This document shows, piece by piece, positions 16,760 to 26,493 of a stretch of 64,000 nt of DNA. The DNA is from an uncultured Rhodospirillaceae bacterium (GTDB lineage: Bacteria; Pseudomonadota; Alphaproteobacteria; JAEULC01), in contig CAYMTM010000001.1 in NCBI GenBank assembly GCA_964393375.1, forward strand, positions 258 through 64,257. The letters are read 5' to 3'. Numbering within the stretch: the stretch's first letter is position 1; each line of letters starts with the position of its first letter. The notes beneath the pieces are model-generated. The model searched no databases, had not been told where the DNA came from, and saw only the letters and a list, made by a program, of their open reading frames with translations. Both the position numbers and the translations under genes were made by a program.

Positions 16760-17535
16760 CTAGGCGACAGGCCCGCCGGTGACGGGCAGGACCTGGCCGG
16801 TAATCCACGACGCGTAGGGCGAGGCCAGGAACATCACGGCGTACGCGATGTCCCGGGGCTCGCCCAGCCTACGCATGGCGACACGCTCGACCATCGCCTT
16901 CTGGCCTGCTTCGCCGTAGGACTGCCACTGGCGCTCGTAGTCCGGGCTCGTGCGCAAGAAGCCCGGCGCCACGGCGTTGACCGTGATGCCGAACGGTCCG
17001 AGCTCGTGGGCAAGCTGGCGCACCAGGCCGATCTGGCCGGCCTTGGCGGTGGCGTAGGACTGGATGCCGGTCAGGCTGACCGTCAAGCCGGCCCGGCTGG
17101 AGATGACGACGATCCGCCCGGCGGCGGCGCGCTTCATGCCCGGCACCACGGCGCGCACGGCGTAGAAAGCGCTGGTCAGATTGGCGTCCTGAATCGCTTC
17201 CCAGGCCTCGTCGCTGACCGTCTCGACCGGCTGCCTGGTCTGTCCGCGCACTCCCCCCGCGACATGGACCAGCACGTCGATCGCCCCCGTGGCCCGCTCC
17301 GCCTCGCGCGCAAAGACGTTGACATCGTCCGACTGGGCAAGGTCGACGACCCGCGTCTCGACGCCACCGCCGCGGCCCGGCCTCGTGCGCGCTTTCAGCT
17401 TTTCCAGTTCGTCCGCCAGCAGGTCGCAGGCCCACACCCGTGCGCCGCGTTCGGCGAAGGCTTCGACGATACCGCCGCCGATGCCCCGCGCGGCGCCCGT
17501 CACCGCGACCGTCTTGCCCTCGAACCCGATCTCCA
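16760..17535 (-). CDS. SDR-family short-chain dehydrogenase/reductase
   Basis: The Rossmann motif TVAVTGAARGIGGG lies ~10 aa after GTG 17535. That GTG sits 9 nt after the hyuB stop. The 311-aa ORF from 17695 would overlap hyuB by ~150 nt and its extension is Arg-rich junk. Catalytic YxxxK region and NAVAPG are present. Confidence 0.7.
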
Positions 17536-17544
17536 CGTCCGTCG

Positions 17545-19548
17545 CTATTCCGCCGCGCGATGCGGCCTGAGCTGGGGAAACTCCTGGACGGCGGCCGCGA
17601 ATGCGCGACGCACCTCGCTGCCGTCGCCGCGCCGCTCGCCGGCGGGCATCGCTTCGATCTCCTCGAACACGCGCTTCTTGAGGAAGTGCCGCCAATGCAC
17701 GGGCAGGGTCTGCAGCAGGCCGGCCAGCGCCGCGTAATTGGCGTCGGTCCAGATCCGCTCAAATTCGACACGGGTCTCGTTGTAGTTGAAGTGCGCCGGC
17801 TTGCGCTCGGCGGCGGCAAGGCGCGCGCGGGCTACCGCGGTGGCGGCCGCATCGACCGCACCGTCGCGGATCACCACGCCGTAAAAACGCTCCGCCGCGG
17901 CGATGGAAACCTTGCCTTGTTGGACGTCGAACAGAACCTCGGCTGCGTCACGCTCCCAGGGATTGCCCCAGCCGCCGCCGCCGCAGCCCGCGACCAGGAT
18001 CACGTCGCCGGGGTCCAGCGCCACGACGTCGGTATTGCCGAGATCGGCCGCCTTGGCGCTGCCCTTGTTGCGCCAGAAGGCGGAGGTCGCGCCCGGCTCT
18101 CCGCCATTGGCGCCCCAGGCGGCGAAGCGCGTGCGGTCGCGGTTGCGCGCGGTCACCACGGTGTTCGGCGCAAAGACCTGGAACTCCAGGTAGGTGCCCA
18201 GGCCGCCCCGGTGCTTCCCGGCGCCGCCGGAATCGGGGATCAGCCCGTAGCCGCGGACATGGATCGGCACCTCGACCTCGTTGATCTCCACCGGCGTGTT
18301 CTTCAGGAAGCTGGAATTGGCGCCCGAACCGTCGGCGCCGTCGCCGCCGCACCACCCGCCGGCGCCGCCGGTGATCGGGTCGATCGAGGCCATCAGCAGG
18401 CGCCCTGTGCGGTTGTCGATGGTCTTGACGTTCATGATCGCGCTGCTGCCGGCCGGGCCGGCGGGCAGCAGGTCAGGCACGGCCGCCTGGAACGCGCCGA
18501 TGGTCACCCCCTGCAGCCGGCCGCAGGTCAGGCTGCGCATGCCCACGGCGGCGGGGAATTTCGGGTTGAGGATCGTGCCCTCGGGAATGATGCAGCGTGC
18601 CGGCCGCGTGATCCCGCCATTGAGCAGGATCGAAGGATCGATCGAGTAGAGGCAGTAGTTGTAGCCGACCATCAGCAGGATGTGGCGCTCGGCGCCGCCG
18701 GTCGGCACGTTCATCGAGGACAGGAGCTGCGGGTCGGAGCCGGTAAAGTCCAACACCGCCTCGTCGCCGCGGATCTTCAGGTTGAGCGCCAGCCGGACCG
18801 GCAGGCCGCCCGGCGCATCCTCGTCCAGGTAGTCGGCGAAGAAATAGTCGCCGTCGGGGATACGCGAAATCAGGTTGCGCGCCTGCTTCTCCCCGAGGTC
18901 GAGCAGATCCTTCACTCCCTGCTGGAAGATGTCGCCGCCGAATTTGCGGCACATGTCGTGGACCTTGCGCTCGCCGGTGTTCATGGCGGCGATCTGGGCC
19001 TTCAGGTCGCCGTGGTTCTGCTCGGGCATGCGCACGTTGGTCAGCATGATGTCGAGCAGGGCCTGGTTGAGCTTGCCCGCCTCGTAGAGCTTGGCCGGCG
19101 GGATGCGGATGCCTTCCTGGTGGATTTCGGTCAACTGGCGCGACAGCGAGGCCGGCACCGCGCCGCCCACGTCGGTGTTGTGGATATGGCTGACGGCGAA
19201 CGCGACCAGCTTGTCCTGCCAGAAGATCGGCTTCCACATGTGCAGGTCGGGCGTATGGGTGCACACGAAGCCGCTATAGGGGTCGTTGGTGACGCAGATA
19301 TCGCCCGGCTTGTAGTCCTTGATCAGTTTGATGGCGTTGGCATAGTCCAGTCCGATGAACCATGTGGCGCCCAGATCGCGCGGACTGGCGAAGGTCATGC
19401 CGCCCGGCGTGGTCAGCCCGGTCGTGAAATCCTCGGTTTCCTTGACGAAGGTCGAGTGCGCCGTGCGGAACAGCGTGAAGGCCATGCTGTCGGCCGCGGC
19501 CTGGGCATGGTTGGCGAAGATCTGCAGCGTTACCTTGTCGATCGACAT
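17545..19548 (-). CDS. hyuB: hydantoinase B / 5-oxoprolinase (HyuB) family protein
   Basis: 667 aa. The N-terminus MSIDKVTLQIFANHAQAAADSMAFTLFRTAHSTFVKETEDFTTGL is the characteristic HyuB/acetone-carboxylase-alpha opening. It starts 9 nt after the hyuA stop. Confidence 0.85.
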   Translation of the reverse strand: MSIDKVTLQIFANHAQAAADSMAFTLFRTAHSTFVKETEDFTTGLTTPGGMTFASPRDLGATWFIGLDYANAIKLIKDYKPGDICVTNDPYSGFVCTHTPDLHMWKPIFWQDKLVAFAVSHIHNTDVGGAVPASLSRQLTEIHQEGIRIPPAKLYEAGKLNQALLDIMLTNVRMPEQNHGDLKAQIAAMNTGERKVHDMCRKFGGDIFQQGVKDLLDLGEKQARNLISRIPDGDYFFADYLDEDAPGGLPVRLALNLKIRGDEAVLDFTGSDPQLLSSMNVPTGGAERHILLMVGYNYCLYSIDPSILLNGGITRPARCIIPEGTILNPKFPAAVGMRSLTCGRLQGVTIGAFQAAVPDLLPAGPAGSSAIMNVKTIDNRTGRLLMASIDPITGGAGGWCGGDGADGSGANSSFLKNTPVEINEVEVPIHVRGYGLIPDSGGAGKHRGGLGTYLEFQVFAPNTVVTARNRDRTRFAAWGANGGEPGATSAFWRNKGSAKAADLGNTDVVALDPGDVILVAGCGGGGWGNPWERDAAEVLFDVQQGKVSIAAAERFYGVVIRDGAVDAAATAVARARLAAAERKPAHFNYNETRVEFERIWTDANYAALAGLLQTLPVHWRHFLKKRVFEEIEAMPAGERRGDGSEVRRAFAAAVQEFPQLRPHRAAE

Positions 19549-19557
19549 GCTCGCCCC

Positions 19558-21600
19558 CTAGGCCGTCAGGCTCAACAGGATGTTACCGTGCGCGTCGACC
19601 GCGCCGTCGAAGCCGGCCGGGACGCAGATGGTGCTGTCCTCCTGCACGATCACGCAGGGGCTGGCGAAACGGTTGCCGTGGCCGAGATCGGCGCGGCGGT
19701 AGAGCGGCACGCTCTGGCGCTTGCCGTCCATCCAGACCTCGATCTGCTTGGCAGGTTTCGGTGCGTCGGTGCGTTTGTCCTGCAGCGGCAGCTTCGGTTG
19801 GGGCGAGGCGCCCACCACCACCATGCGCAGGCTGATGATCTGGATCGCATCCGCCGAGTCGCTGTGGCCGTAGATGCGGTCGTGCTCCTCGTGGAAGGCC
19901 TGGGCGATGCGCTCCACGTCGCCCGACACGATCCATTCCATCTTCAGAGGGACCTCGATCTCGAAGGACTGGCCGCGATAGCGCATGTCGGCCGACGGCA
20001 GCAGGGCGTGCGGTCCGGCGAACTTCTGCTCCTCGGCGATCCAGGCCTTGGCGCGGCGCGCCAGCGCGTCGAACTCGCGTTTCAGGCGCCCGGTCTCCGA
20101 CGGCTCCAGCATGTAGTAGGCAGTCGAGATGAAGTCGTTCTTGATGTCCGCGATCAACCCGCCGAGCGCCGACAGAACGCCGGGAGCGGTCGGGATCATC
20201 ACCTTGCGCATCCCAAGCTCGCGCGCGAGGAAGCAGCCGAGCATTGGCCCGGCGCCGCCGAAGGCAAGCAACGCGAAGTCGCGCGGGTCGATGCCCTGGC
20301 GCGATGCCAGTTTGCTGACCTCGCGGTACATGCCGGCCACCGCCATCTGGATGACCGCCTCGGCGGCCTGCTCGACGTTGCGCCCCAGCTTGCCGGCGAT
20401 CGTGCCGATCGCCTCGCGCGCCTTGGCGAGGTCGACCGTGACGGCGTCGTAGCCCAGGTTGCCGTGGCCGATGAAGCCGCACACCGCGAAGGCGTCGGTC
20501 ATGGTCGGCCGCGTGCCGCCGCGGCCGTAGCAGGCGGGTCCCGGGGTCGAGCCCGCGCTTTCCGGCCCGACGGTCAACGCGCCGAAGGCGTCGACCTTGG
20601 CGATCGAGCCGCCGCCATCACCGATCGAGGTGACGGACACGGTGGGAATGTAGACCGGAAACTCGCCGACGGTTTCGCCCGTGCCATAGCTGGGCGTGCC
20701 GTCGACAATGACCGCCACATCGGCCGACGTGCCGCCGATATCCAGGCTCATCACCCGGTCGAGCCCCGCCTGGCGCGCGGCGAAGCCGGCGCCGATCACG
20801 CCGGCCGCGGTGCCCGACAGCAACATCTGCAGGCAGGATTGCTTGCCAAGCTCGGCGGTCATCACGCCGCCGTTGGATTTCGTCACCATCGCCTCGGCCT
20901 TGACGCCGGCGTGTCGCAGGGCCGCCTGGAGCGAGGTCAGGTATTGCGTGATGCGCGGCTGGACGTATCCGTGGATCACCGCGGTGGTCGTGCGCTCGTA
21001 TTCGCGGATGATCGGCCACACGTCGCTGGAGCAGTAAACCGGCAGCTCCGGCGCCCATTCGCCGATCAGCCGCTTCACCTCGCGCTCGTGCGCGGGATTG
21101 CGGTAGGAATGCAGCAGGGCCACGACGATGCCCTCGGCACCAAGCGCGCGGGCGCGGTCGAGCGCCTTACGGACGCTGTCTTTGTCCAGCGGATCCTTGA
21201 CTGTGCCGTCCGCCAGCATGCGCTCGCGCACGGGGATCACGCGGTCGCGAGTCACCAGCGGCTGCGGGCGCGACGACATCAGGTGATAGGGGTCGGGCAT
21301 CTTCAGGCGCGCCAGTTCCAGCACATCGACGAAGTTCTCGGTGGTGAACAGGCAGAGCCTGATGCCCTTGCGCTGGATCACCGAGTTGATGCCGACCGTC
21401 GTGCCGTGCGTGAAATAGGACACATTGCCCGGCTGGATCGCGAACCGCCGCTCCAGTTCGCTCAGGCCCGTGATCACCTCGCGCCCGGGCTCGGCCGGGG
21501 TCGAGAGGACCTTGAGGGTCGACAGTTGCCCAGTGCTTTCGTCCAGCGCGCAGAAATCCGCGAACGTTCCACCGATATCGACGCCGATGCGATAACCCAT
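19558..21600 (-). CDS. hyuA: hydantoinase A / N-methylhydantoinase A (HyuA) family protein
   Basis: 680 aa. MGYRIGVDIGGTFADF (ASKHA-fold N-terminus) and the internal DIGGTSAD motif typical of HyuA. Confidence 0.85.
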   Translation of the reverse strand: MGYRIGVDIGGTFADFCALDESTGQLSTLKVLSTPAEPGREVITGLSELERRFAIQPGNVSYFTHGTTVGINSVIQRKGIRLCLFTTENFVDVLELARLKMPDPYHLMSSRPQPLVTRDRVIPVRERMLADGTVKDPLDKDSVRKALDRARALGAEGIVVALLHSYRNPAHEREVKRLIGEWAPELPVYCSSDVWPIIREYERTTTAVIHGYVQPRITQYLTSLQAALRHAGVKAEAMVTKSNGGVMTAELGKQSCLQMLLSGTAAGVIGAGFAARQAGLDRVMSLDIGGTSADVAVIVDGTPSYGTGETVGEFPVYIPTVSVTSIGDGGGSIAKVDAFGALTVGPESAGSTPGPACYGRGGTRPTMTDAFAVCGFIGHGNLGYDAVTVDLAKAREAIGTIAGKLGRNVEQAAEAVIQMAVAGMYREVSKLASRQGIDPRDFALLAFGGAGPMLGCFLARELGMRKVMIPTAPGVLSALGGLIADIKNDFISTAYYMLEPSETGRLKREFDALARRAKAWIAEEQKFAGPHALLPSADMRYRGQSFEIEVPLKMEWIVSGDVERIAQAFHEEHDRIYGHSDSADAIQIISLRMVVVGASPQPKLPLQDKRTDAPKPAKQIEVWMDGKRQSVPLYRRADLGHGNRFASPCVIVQEDSTICVPAGFDGAVDAHGNILLSLTA

Positions 21601-21614
21601 GATCTCTCCGTTGT

Positions 21615-22382
21615 TCAGGCCGCCCGCCGGTATCCCAGCCGCTGGCTGAGCGTGGCGGCCGCGCGCACGACCGCCGCAATGATCCGGCGCTTTGCCTGCG
21701 GGTAGCGCGAGGAGACGGTGCCGACGTTAAGGGCGGCGATCACCGTCCCGTCGCGATGAAAGACCGGCGCGGCCGTGGCGGAACCGCCCAGCACGTATTC
21801 CTGGTCGAGCACGGCATGGCCGTCGTGGCGAACCCGCGCCAGGATCGCCCTGAGCTTCTGCGGATCGGTCACGGTATGTGGCGTGTAAGCCTTGAGCCTG
21901 GTGCGCGTCAGGTAGGACTCGGTCGAGACCGGATCCCAATACGCAAGCAGGACCCGGCCCATCCCGGTGCAATAGGCGGGGCGCAGGCCGACGAGATCTG
22001 CGTCATAGCGGATCGGCGCGCGGCTGGCGGCCTTGCCCAGCGCCTTGACGTCGCCGCGCGCGCCGCGCACGCCGAGGAACACCGTTTCGCCGAGCTCGTC
22101 GCGCAACTGGTCCATGATCGGCTGGGCGATCGCCAGAAGCTGGGCCTCGGCGCCGCCGAAACGGCCCGGCCCCTGCCGGAACGACTCGTGCAGCGCATAG
22201 CGCTCGGTGGAGTCCCGTTCGGCATAGCCGCGCGCGACCAGCGTCTGCAGCAGGCCGTGGGCGCTGCTCTTGGGGATGCCGAGGGTGGCGACGACATCCT
22301 TCAGCGCGATCGGCGCCGTACAGCGGCCCAGAAGCTCCAGCAGCTCCAGCACGCGCGCGGCCGACTTGACTTCGCTGTTCAT
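21615..22382 (-). CDS. IclR-family transcriptional regulator
   Basis: Start taken at the internal ATG 22382 (MNSEVKSAARVLELLELLG..., 255 aa). It has an IclR-type N-terminal HTH (GIPKSSAHGLLQTLV) and a C-terminal effector domain. The 398-aa upstream extension is GC-rich junk. Its stop is 14 nt from the hyuA start, so it is probably co-transcribed. Confidence 0.8.
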   Translation of the reverse strand: MNSEVKSAARVLELLELLGRCTAPIALKDVVATLGIPKSSAHGLLQTLVARGYAERDSTERYALHESFRQGPGRFGGAEAQLLAIAQPIMDQLRDELGETVFLGVRGARGDVKALGKAASRAPIRYDADLVGLRPAYCTGMGRVLLAYWDPVSTESYLTRTRLKAYTPHTVTDPQKLRAILARVRHDGHAVLDQEYVLGGSATAAPVFHRDGTVIAALNVGTVSSRYPQAKRRIIAAVVRAAATLSQRLGYRRAA

Positions 22383-22511
22383 GGATATGAACGCCGTTCT
22401 TTCCCTTAAACAGCCTAGGAAGGGCAGGCTCTCCGAGTCAAGCGGGCTCTCTTGTTCCGACGGCCAACCTGTTTCAAGCTGCGAAATCGGTAGCCGATAG
22501 GACATTCCAGC

Positions 22512-22898
22512 ATGCTGAGACCGCATACGCCGCCTACCATCGCTCCGCCGGCCGCGCTTTACGTCCACGGGATGGAAGTGCCGTCCAACGCGCGCTGGCT
22601 GTTCATCTCGGGCCAGGTGGGGGTGCATCCGGACGGCACGGTCGGCCGCGATGCGCAAGAGCAGGCGGAGATCGTCTGGGCGAATATCCGGAGCATCCTG
22701 CAAAGCGCCGATATGCGGCTCCGGGACATCGTGAAGCTCACGACCTATGCGGTGGGCCGCGAACACTTGCCGGCCCTGCGGGCGGTGCGTGAGCGCGTGC
22801 TGGCGGGGCATCAGCCGGCGTCCACGCTGTTGGTCGTCGCCGGGCTGGGGCAGCCGTCGTGGCTGGTCGAGGTCGAGGCCTATGCCGCGCGGACATGA
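22512..22898 (+). CDS. RidA/YjgF/TdcF-family enamine/imine deaminase
   Basis: 128 aa. The Rid-family length and a C-terminal motif (PARSTLLVVAGLGQPSWLVEVEAYA) are present. It is divergent from the IclR gene. Confidence 0.8.
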   Translation: MLRPHTPPTIAPPAALYVHGMEVPSNARWLFISGQVGVHPDGTVGRDAQEQAEIVWANIRSILQSADMRLRDIVKLTTYAVGREHLPALRAVRERVLAGHQPASTLLVVAGLGQPSWLVEVEAYAART

Positions 22899-22902
22899 AC
22901 CG

Positions 22903-23706
22903 ATGAAGGCGCTGCGTCGCTATTGGCAGGACATGACGACCGAGGACTTCGCCTCCCTGTCGGCCGACCAGGTCGTTGCCGTTCTGCCGGTGGCCGCCAT
23001 CGAGCAGCACGGGCCGCATTTGCCGGTCGTGGTGGATGCCTGCATCGTCGACGGCATCGTCGCCAGGACGCTGGAGCTGATGCCGACGGATCTGCCGGTG
23101 ACGGTGTTACCGACCCAGGCGATCGGCAAGAGCAACGAACACCTGGCTTTTCCGGGCACGCTGACGCTGTCGGCCGAAACCCTGGCGCGGGTGTGGACGG
23201 AGATCGGCGAATCCGTCCATCGGGCCGGCATCCGCAAGCTGGTGTTTTTCAATTCCCATGGCGGCCAGCCGCAGGTGGTGGAGATCGTGGCGCGCGAGCT
23301 GCGCGTGCGGCTGGGAATGATCGCCGTGGCGGCGAATTGGTATTCGTTCGGCGTCCCGGACGGGCTGTTTCCGGCCGGGGAGTTGCGCCACGGCATCCAT
23401 GGCGGCTCCGTGGAAACCTCGATGATGATGCACCTGCGGCCCGACCTCGTCCGGCGCGACCAGCTGCGCAATTTCCAATCGCTCGGCCAGCGCATGGCGG
23501 GGGAATACCGGCTGCTGGGGCCGACGGGCACGGCCAAACTCGCCTGGCAGACCCAGGACCTCAATCCGGCCGGCGCTTGCGGCAATGCGCGCGACGCGGA
23601 CGCCGAACGCGGGGCCAAGGTGGTCGACCATGCGGCGCGGCAGCTCGTCGTGTTGCTGCAAGAAGTATCCCGCCTGCCGTTGTCGACCATCCGCAACGAC
23701 AAATAG
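22903..23706 (+). CDS. creatininase-family amidohydrolase (creatinine amidohydrolase-like)
   Basis: Start at ATG 22903 (MKALRRYWQDMT...), 4 nt after the RidA stop. LPVAAIEQHGPHLP is the creatininase metal-binding signature. ~267 aa. Confidence 0.8.
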   Translation: MKALRRYWQDMTTEDFASLSADQVVAVLPVAAIEQHGPHLPVVVDACIVDGIVARTLELMPTDLPVTVLPTQAIGKSNEHLAFPGTLTLSAETLARVWTEIGESVHRAGIRKLVFFNSHGGQPQVVEIVARELRVRLGMIAVAANWYSFGVPDGLFPAGELRHGIHGGSVETSMMMHLRPDLVRRDQLRNFQSLGQRMAGEYRLLGPTGTAKLAWQTQDLNPAGACGNARDADAERGAKVVDHAARQLVVLLQEVSRLPLSTIRNDK

Positions 23707-23848
23707 ACGGTGAAACATGGCGGTAACGGCCGGCAGCTAATGTCGCGCCTCAAGTTGCCAAGCCTTCCCGGTACGGCATATGGTTTGCTTCGCAGGACAC
23801 GGGGCGATCCCGGCGGGTTGGCGATCGCGGTTGCAGGGGGAATTGACG

Positions 23849-24847
23849 ATGGATCGACATGGAATTTCGGCCCTGGCCGGCGTGCTGGCCGTGCTGGCCG
23901 TGCCGGCAGCGGCGCAGGACAAGGTGACCTTCGCCACGAATTGGAAGGCCGAAGCCGAACATGGCGGCTACTACCAGGCGATCGCCGACGGCACGTTCAG
24001 AAGGTACAACCTCGACGTCACCATCCGCCCGGGCGGACCGCAGAGCAACGAGCGCGCGCTGTTGCCGGCGGGCCGCATCGAGTTCCTGATGGGCGGGAAC
24101 ATGATCCAGGCCTTCAGCGCGGTGAGGGAGGGCATCCCCACCAGGGTCGTGGCGGCGGCCATGCAGAAGGACCCGCAATGCTTCATGACCCATCCCGGGC
24201 AGGGGCTCGACACGTTCGAGTCGTTGAAAAAGACGACCTTGCTGGTGGGCAAGGGCGGGTTCGCCAGCTTTTACCAGTGGATGATCGCCGAATACGGCTT
24301 CACCGAGGGGCAGGTGAAACCGTACACCTTCAATCCCGCACCGTTCCTGGCGGACAAGAGGCTTGCGCAGCAGGGCTACGTGACGGCGGAGCCGTTCGAG
24401 ATCGAGCGCCAGGGCAAGTTCAAGCCCAATATCTTCCTGCTGGCGGACTATGGCTTCGACACCTACGCCACGACGGTCGAGACCCGCGTGGACCTGATCG
24501 AAAAGAACCCCGACCTGGTACAGCGCTTCGTCGATGCCACGGCGATCGGCTGGTACAACTACCTTTACGGCGACAACAAGGCGGCCAACGAATTGATCAA
24601 GAAAGACAATCCCGAGATGGACGACGCCCAGATCGCCTTCACCATCGCCAAGATGAAGGAGTACGGCATCGTCGACTCGGGCGATACGCTGAAGCTCGGC
24701 ATCAATGCGATGACCGAGGCGCGGCACAAGAGTTTCTTCGACAAGATGGTCAAGTCGAAGGTGATCGACGCCAGCCTGGACTACAAAAAGGCCTACACGC
24801 TGCAGTTCGTGAACAAGGGCGTGGGGCTGAACCTGCGCAAACCCTAA
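23849..24847 (+). CDS. ABC transporter substrate-binding protein, NitT/TauT (NMT1/THI5-like) family
   Basis: ATG 23849 with SD AGGGGG 8 nt upstream. Signal peptide MDRHGISALAGVLAVLAVPAAAQ. NMT1-like fold residues (KVTFATNWKAEAEHGGYY). Confidence 0.75.
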   Translation: MDRHGISALAGVLAVLAVPAAAQDKVTFATNWKAEAEHGGYYQAIADGTFRRYNLDVTIRPGGPQSNERALLPAGRIEFLMGGNMIQAFSAVREGIPTRVVAAAMQKDPQCFMTHPGQGLDTFESLKKTTLLVGKGGFASFYQWMIAEYGFTEGQVKPYTFNPAPFLADKRLAQQGYVTAEPFEIERQGKFKPNIFLLADYGFDTYATTVETRVDLIEKNPDLVQRFVDATAIGWYNYLYGDNKAANELIKKDNPEMDDAQIAFTIAKMKEYGIVDSGDTLKLGINAMTEARHKSFFDKMVKSKVIDASLDYKKAYTLQFVNKGVGLNLRKP

Positions 24848-24850
24848 TGG

Positions 24851-25669
24851 GTGGCGCAAACGGTGAATGACAGTGCCGCCGGGCGCCGTGGCGCCGGGGT
24901 GAATGCACCGGCACGCCCGCTGGTGCGTCTGCGCGGGGTCGGCAAGCGCTTCGGCAACGGCGTTCTGGCGCTCGAAGGCCTCGACCTCGACATCGCCGAG
25001 CATGAATTCCTGAGCCTTCTGGGCCCGTCGGGCTGCGGCAAGAGCACGGCGCTGCGCCTGATCGCCGGCCTGGGCGATGCCACGGCCGGCGCGATCGGAT
25101 GGGGCGCGGCGCACGGCAAGGGCGACATCGGCTTCGTGTTCCAGGAGCCGACCTTGATGCCTTGGGCCACGGTCTTCGACAATGTCTACCTGCCGCTGCG
25201 CCTGCAGGGCTTGGGGCGCGGTTCCGCCACGGGCGACGTCCGGGCGGCGATCGCGATGGTCGGCCTTCAAGGGTTCGAAAAGGCCTATCCGCGCGAGCTG
25301 TCGGGCGGCATGAAAATGCGCGTGTCGATCGCCCGCGCGCTGGCAACCAAGCCCCGGCTGCTGCTGATGGACGAGCCCTTCGCCGCGCTGGACGAGATCA
25401 CGCGCTTCAAGCTCAACAACGACCTGATCGAGCTGTGGCGCAAGCAGAGCTGGACCGTGGTGTTCGTGACCCATAGCGTCTACGAGTCGGTCTACCTGTC
25501 CAGCCGCATCGTCGTGATGGCGCCGCGCCCCGCGCGCGTGGTCGCCGAGCACCGGATCGACGCGCCCTATCCGCGCAGCGACGAGTTCCGCACCTCGCCG
25601 GTCTACAACGATCACTGCCGCATCGTCTCGCGCAGCCTCGCCCGGGCGATGCAGGGCCAGCCGGCATGA
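24851..25669 (+). CDS. ABC transporter ATP-binding protein (NitT/TauT family)
   Basis: GTG start 3 nt after the SBP stop. Walker [10 protein letters not shown], signature [15 protein letters not shown], Walker B LLMDEPF. Confidence 0.85.
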   Translation: MAQTVNDSAAGRRGAGVNAPARPLVRLRGVGKRFGNGVLALEGLDLDIAEHEFLSLLGPSGCGKSTALRLIAGLGDATAGAIGWGAAHGKGDIGFVFQEPTLMPWATVFDNVYLPLRLQGLGRGSATGDVRAAIAMVGLQGFEKAYPRELSGGMKMRVSIARALATKPRLLLMDEPFAALDEITRFKLNNDLIELWRKQSWTVVFVTHSVYESVYLSSRIVVMAPRPARVVAEHRIDAPYPRSDEFRTSPVYNDHCRIVSRSLARAMQGQPA

Positions 25670-26490
25670 CCGACGAAGCCCGCTCTCCGCGCGACCGGTC
25701 GGAGCGCATCGAGCGCGCGTTGCGCATCGTGCTGCCGGCGGTGATCGCCGTGCTGGCGATAACCGCCTGGGACTTGGTGGTCAGGATCAACCAGATCCCG
25801 CACTACATCCTTCCCGGCCCGCTGCTGGTGGCCAAGACCTTCGTCAACGACTGGCACACGCTGTGGCCGGCCTGGTTGGTGACCTTGCGCTTCACCTTCA
25901 TGGCGCTTGCGGTGGCGGTCGTCGGCGGGGTTGGGCTGGCGTTGCTGTTCGCGCAGTCCAAGTGGATCGAGTTCAGCTTCTTTCCCTATGCCGTGATCTT
26001 GCAGGTCACGCCCCTGATCGCGATCGCGCCGCTGATCCTCATCTACGTCGAGAGCACGCATATAGCCCTGCTGATCTGCGCCTGGATCGTCGCTTTCTTC
26101 CCGATCCTTTCCAACACCACCCTAGGCCTCAACAGCGCCGACCATAACCTGGTTAACCTGTTCCAGCTCTACGGCGCCAGTCGCTGGCAGGTGCTGCGCT
26201 ACCTGCGCATCCCCTCGGCCATGCCGTACTTCCTCGGCGGGTTGCGCATCGCCGGCGGCCTGTCGCTGATCGGCTCGGTCGTCGCCGAGTTCGTGGCCGG
26301 CACGGCGGGGCAGGGCTCGGGGCTCGCCTACCGCATTCTCGAGGCCGGCTATCGCCTCAACGTGCCGCGCCTGTTCGCGGCCCTCGCGATGATCTCCGCG
26401 ACGGGCATCCTGATATTTGCGCTTTTCAGCGCGGTCTCGCATTTCTCGCTGCGGCGTTGGCACGAGAGTGCGATGAAGCGCGAGAACTGA
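25666..26490 (+). CDS. ABC transporter permease (NitT/TauT family)
   Basis: ATGA overlap with the ATPase stop. 274 aa with six predicted TM segments. Confidence 0.85.
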   Translation: MTDEARSPRDRSERIERALRIVLPAVIAVLAITAWDLVVRINQIPHYILPGPLLVAKTFVNDWHTLWPAWLVTLRFTFMALAVAVVGGVGLALLFAQSKWIEFSFFPYAVILQVTPLIAIAPLILIYVESTHIALLICAWIVAFFPILSNTTLGLNSADHNLVNLFQLYGASRWQVLRYLRIPSAMPYFLGGLRIAGGLSLIGSVVAEFVAGTAGQGSGLAYRILEAGYRLNVPRLFAALAMISATGILIFALFSAVSHFSLRRWHESAMKREN

Positions 26491-26493
26491 GCC

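Noticed and set aside
14144-17737. 1197-aa plus-strand ORF spanning the Dpp operon antisense
   Set aside because: It runs opposite five well-supported ABC transporter genes and the SDR. It has an Arg/Gly/Asp-rich low-complexity product.
17440-21705. 1421-aa plus-strand ORF antisense to hyuA/hyuB
   Set aside because: Antisense to two genes with clear hydantoinase A/B N-terminal signatures.
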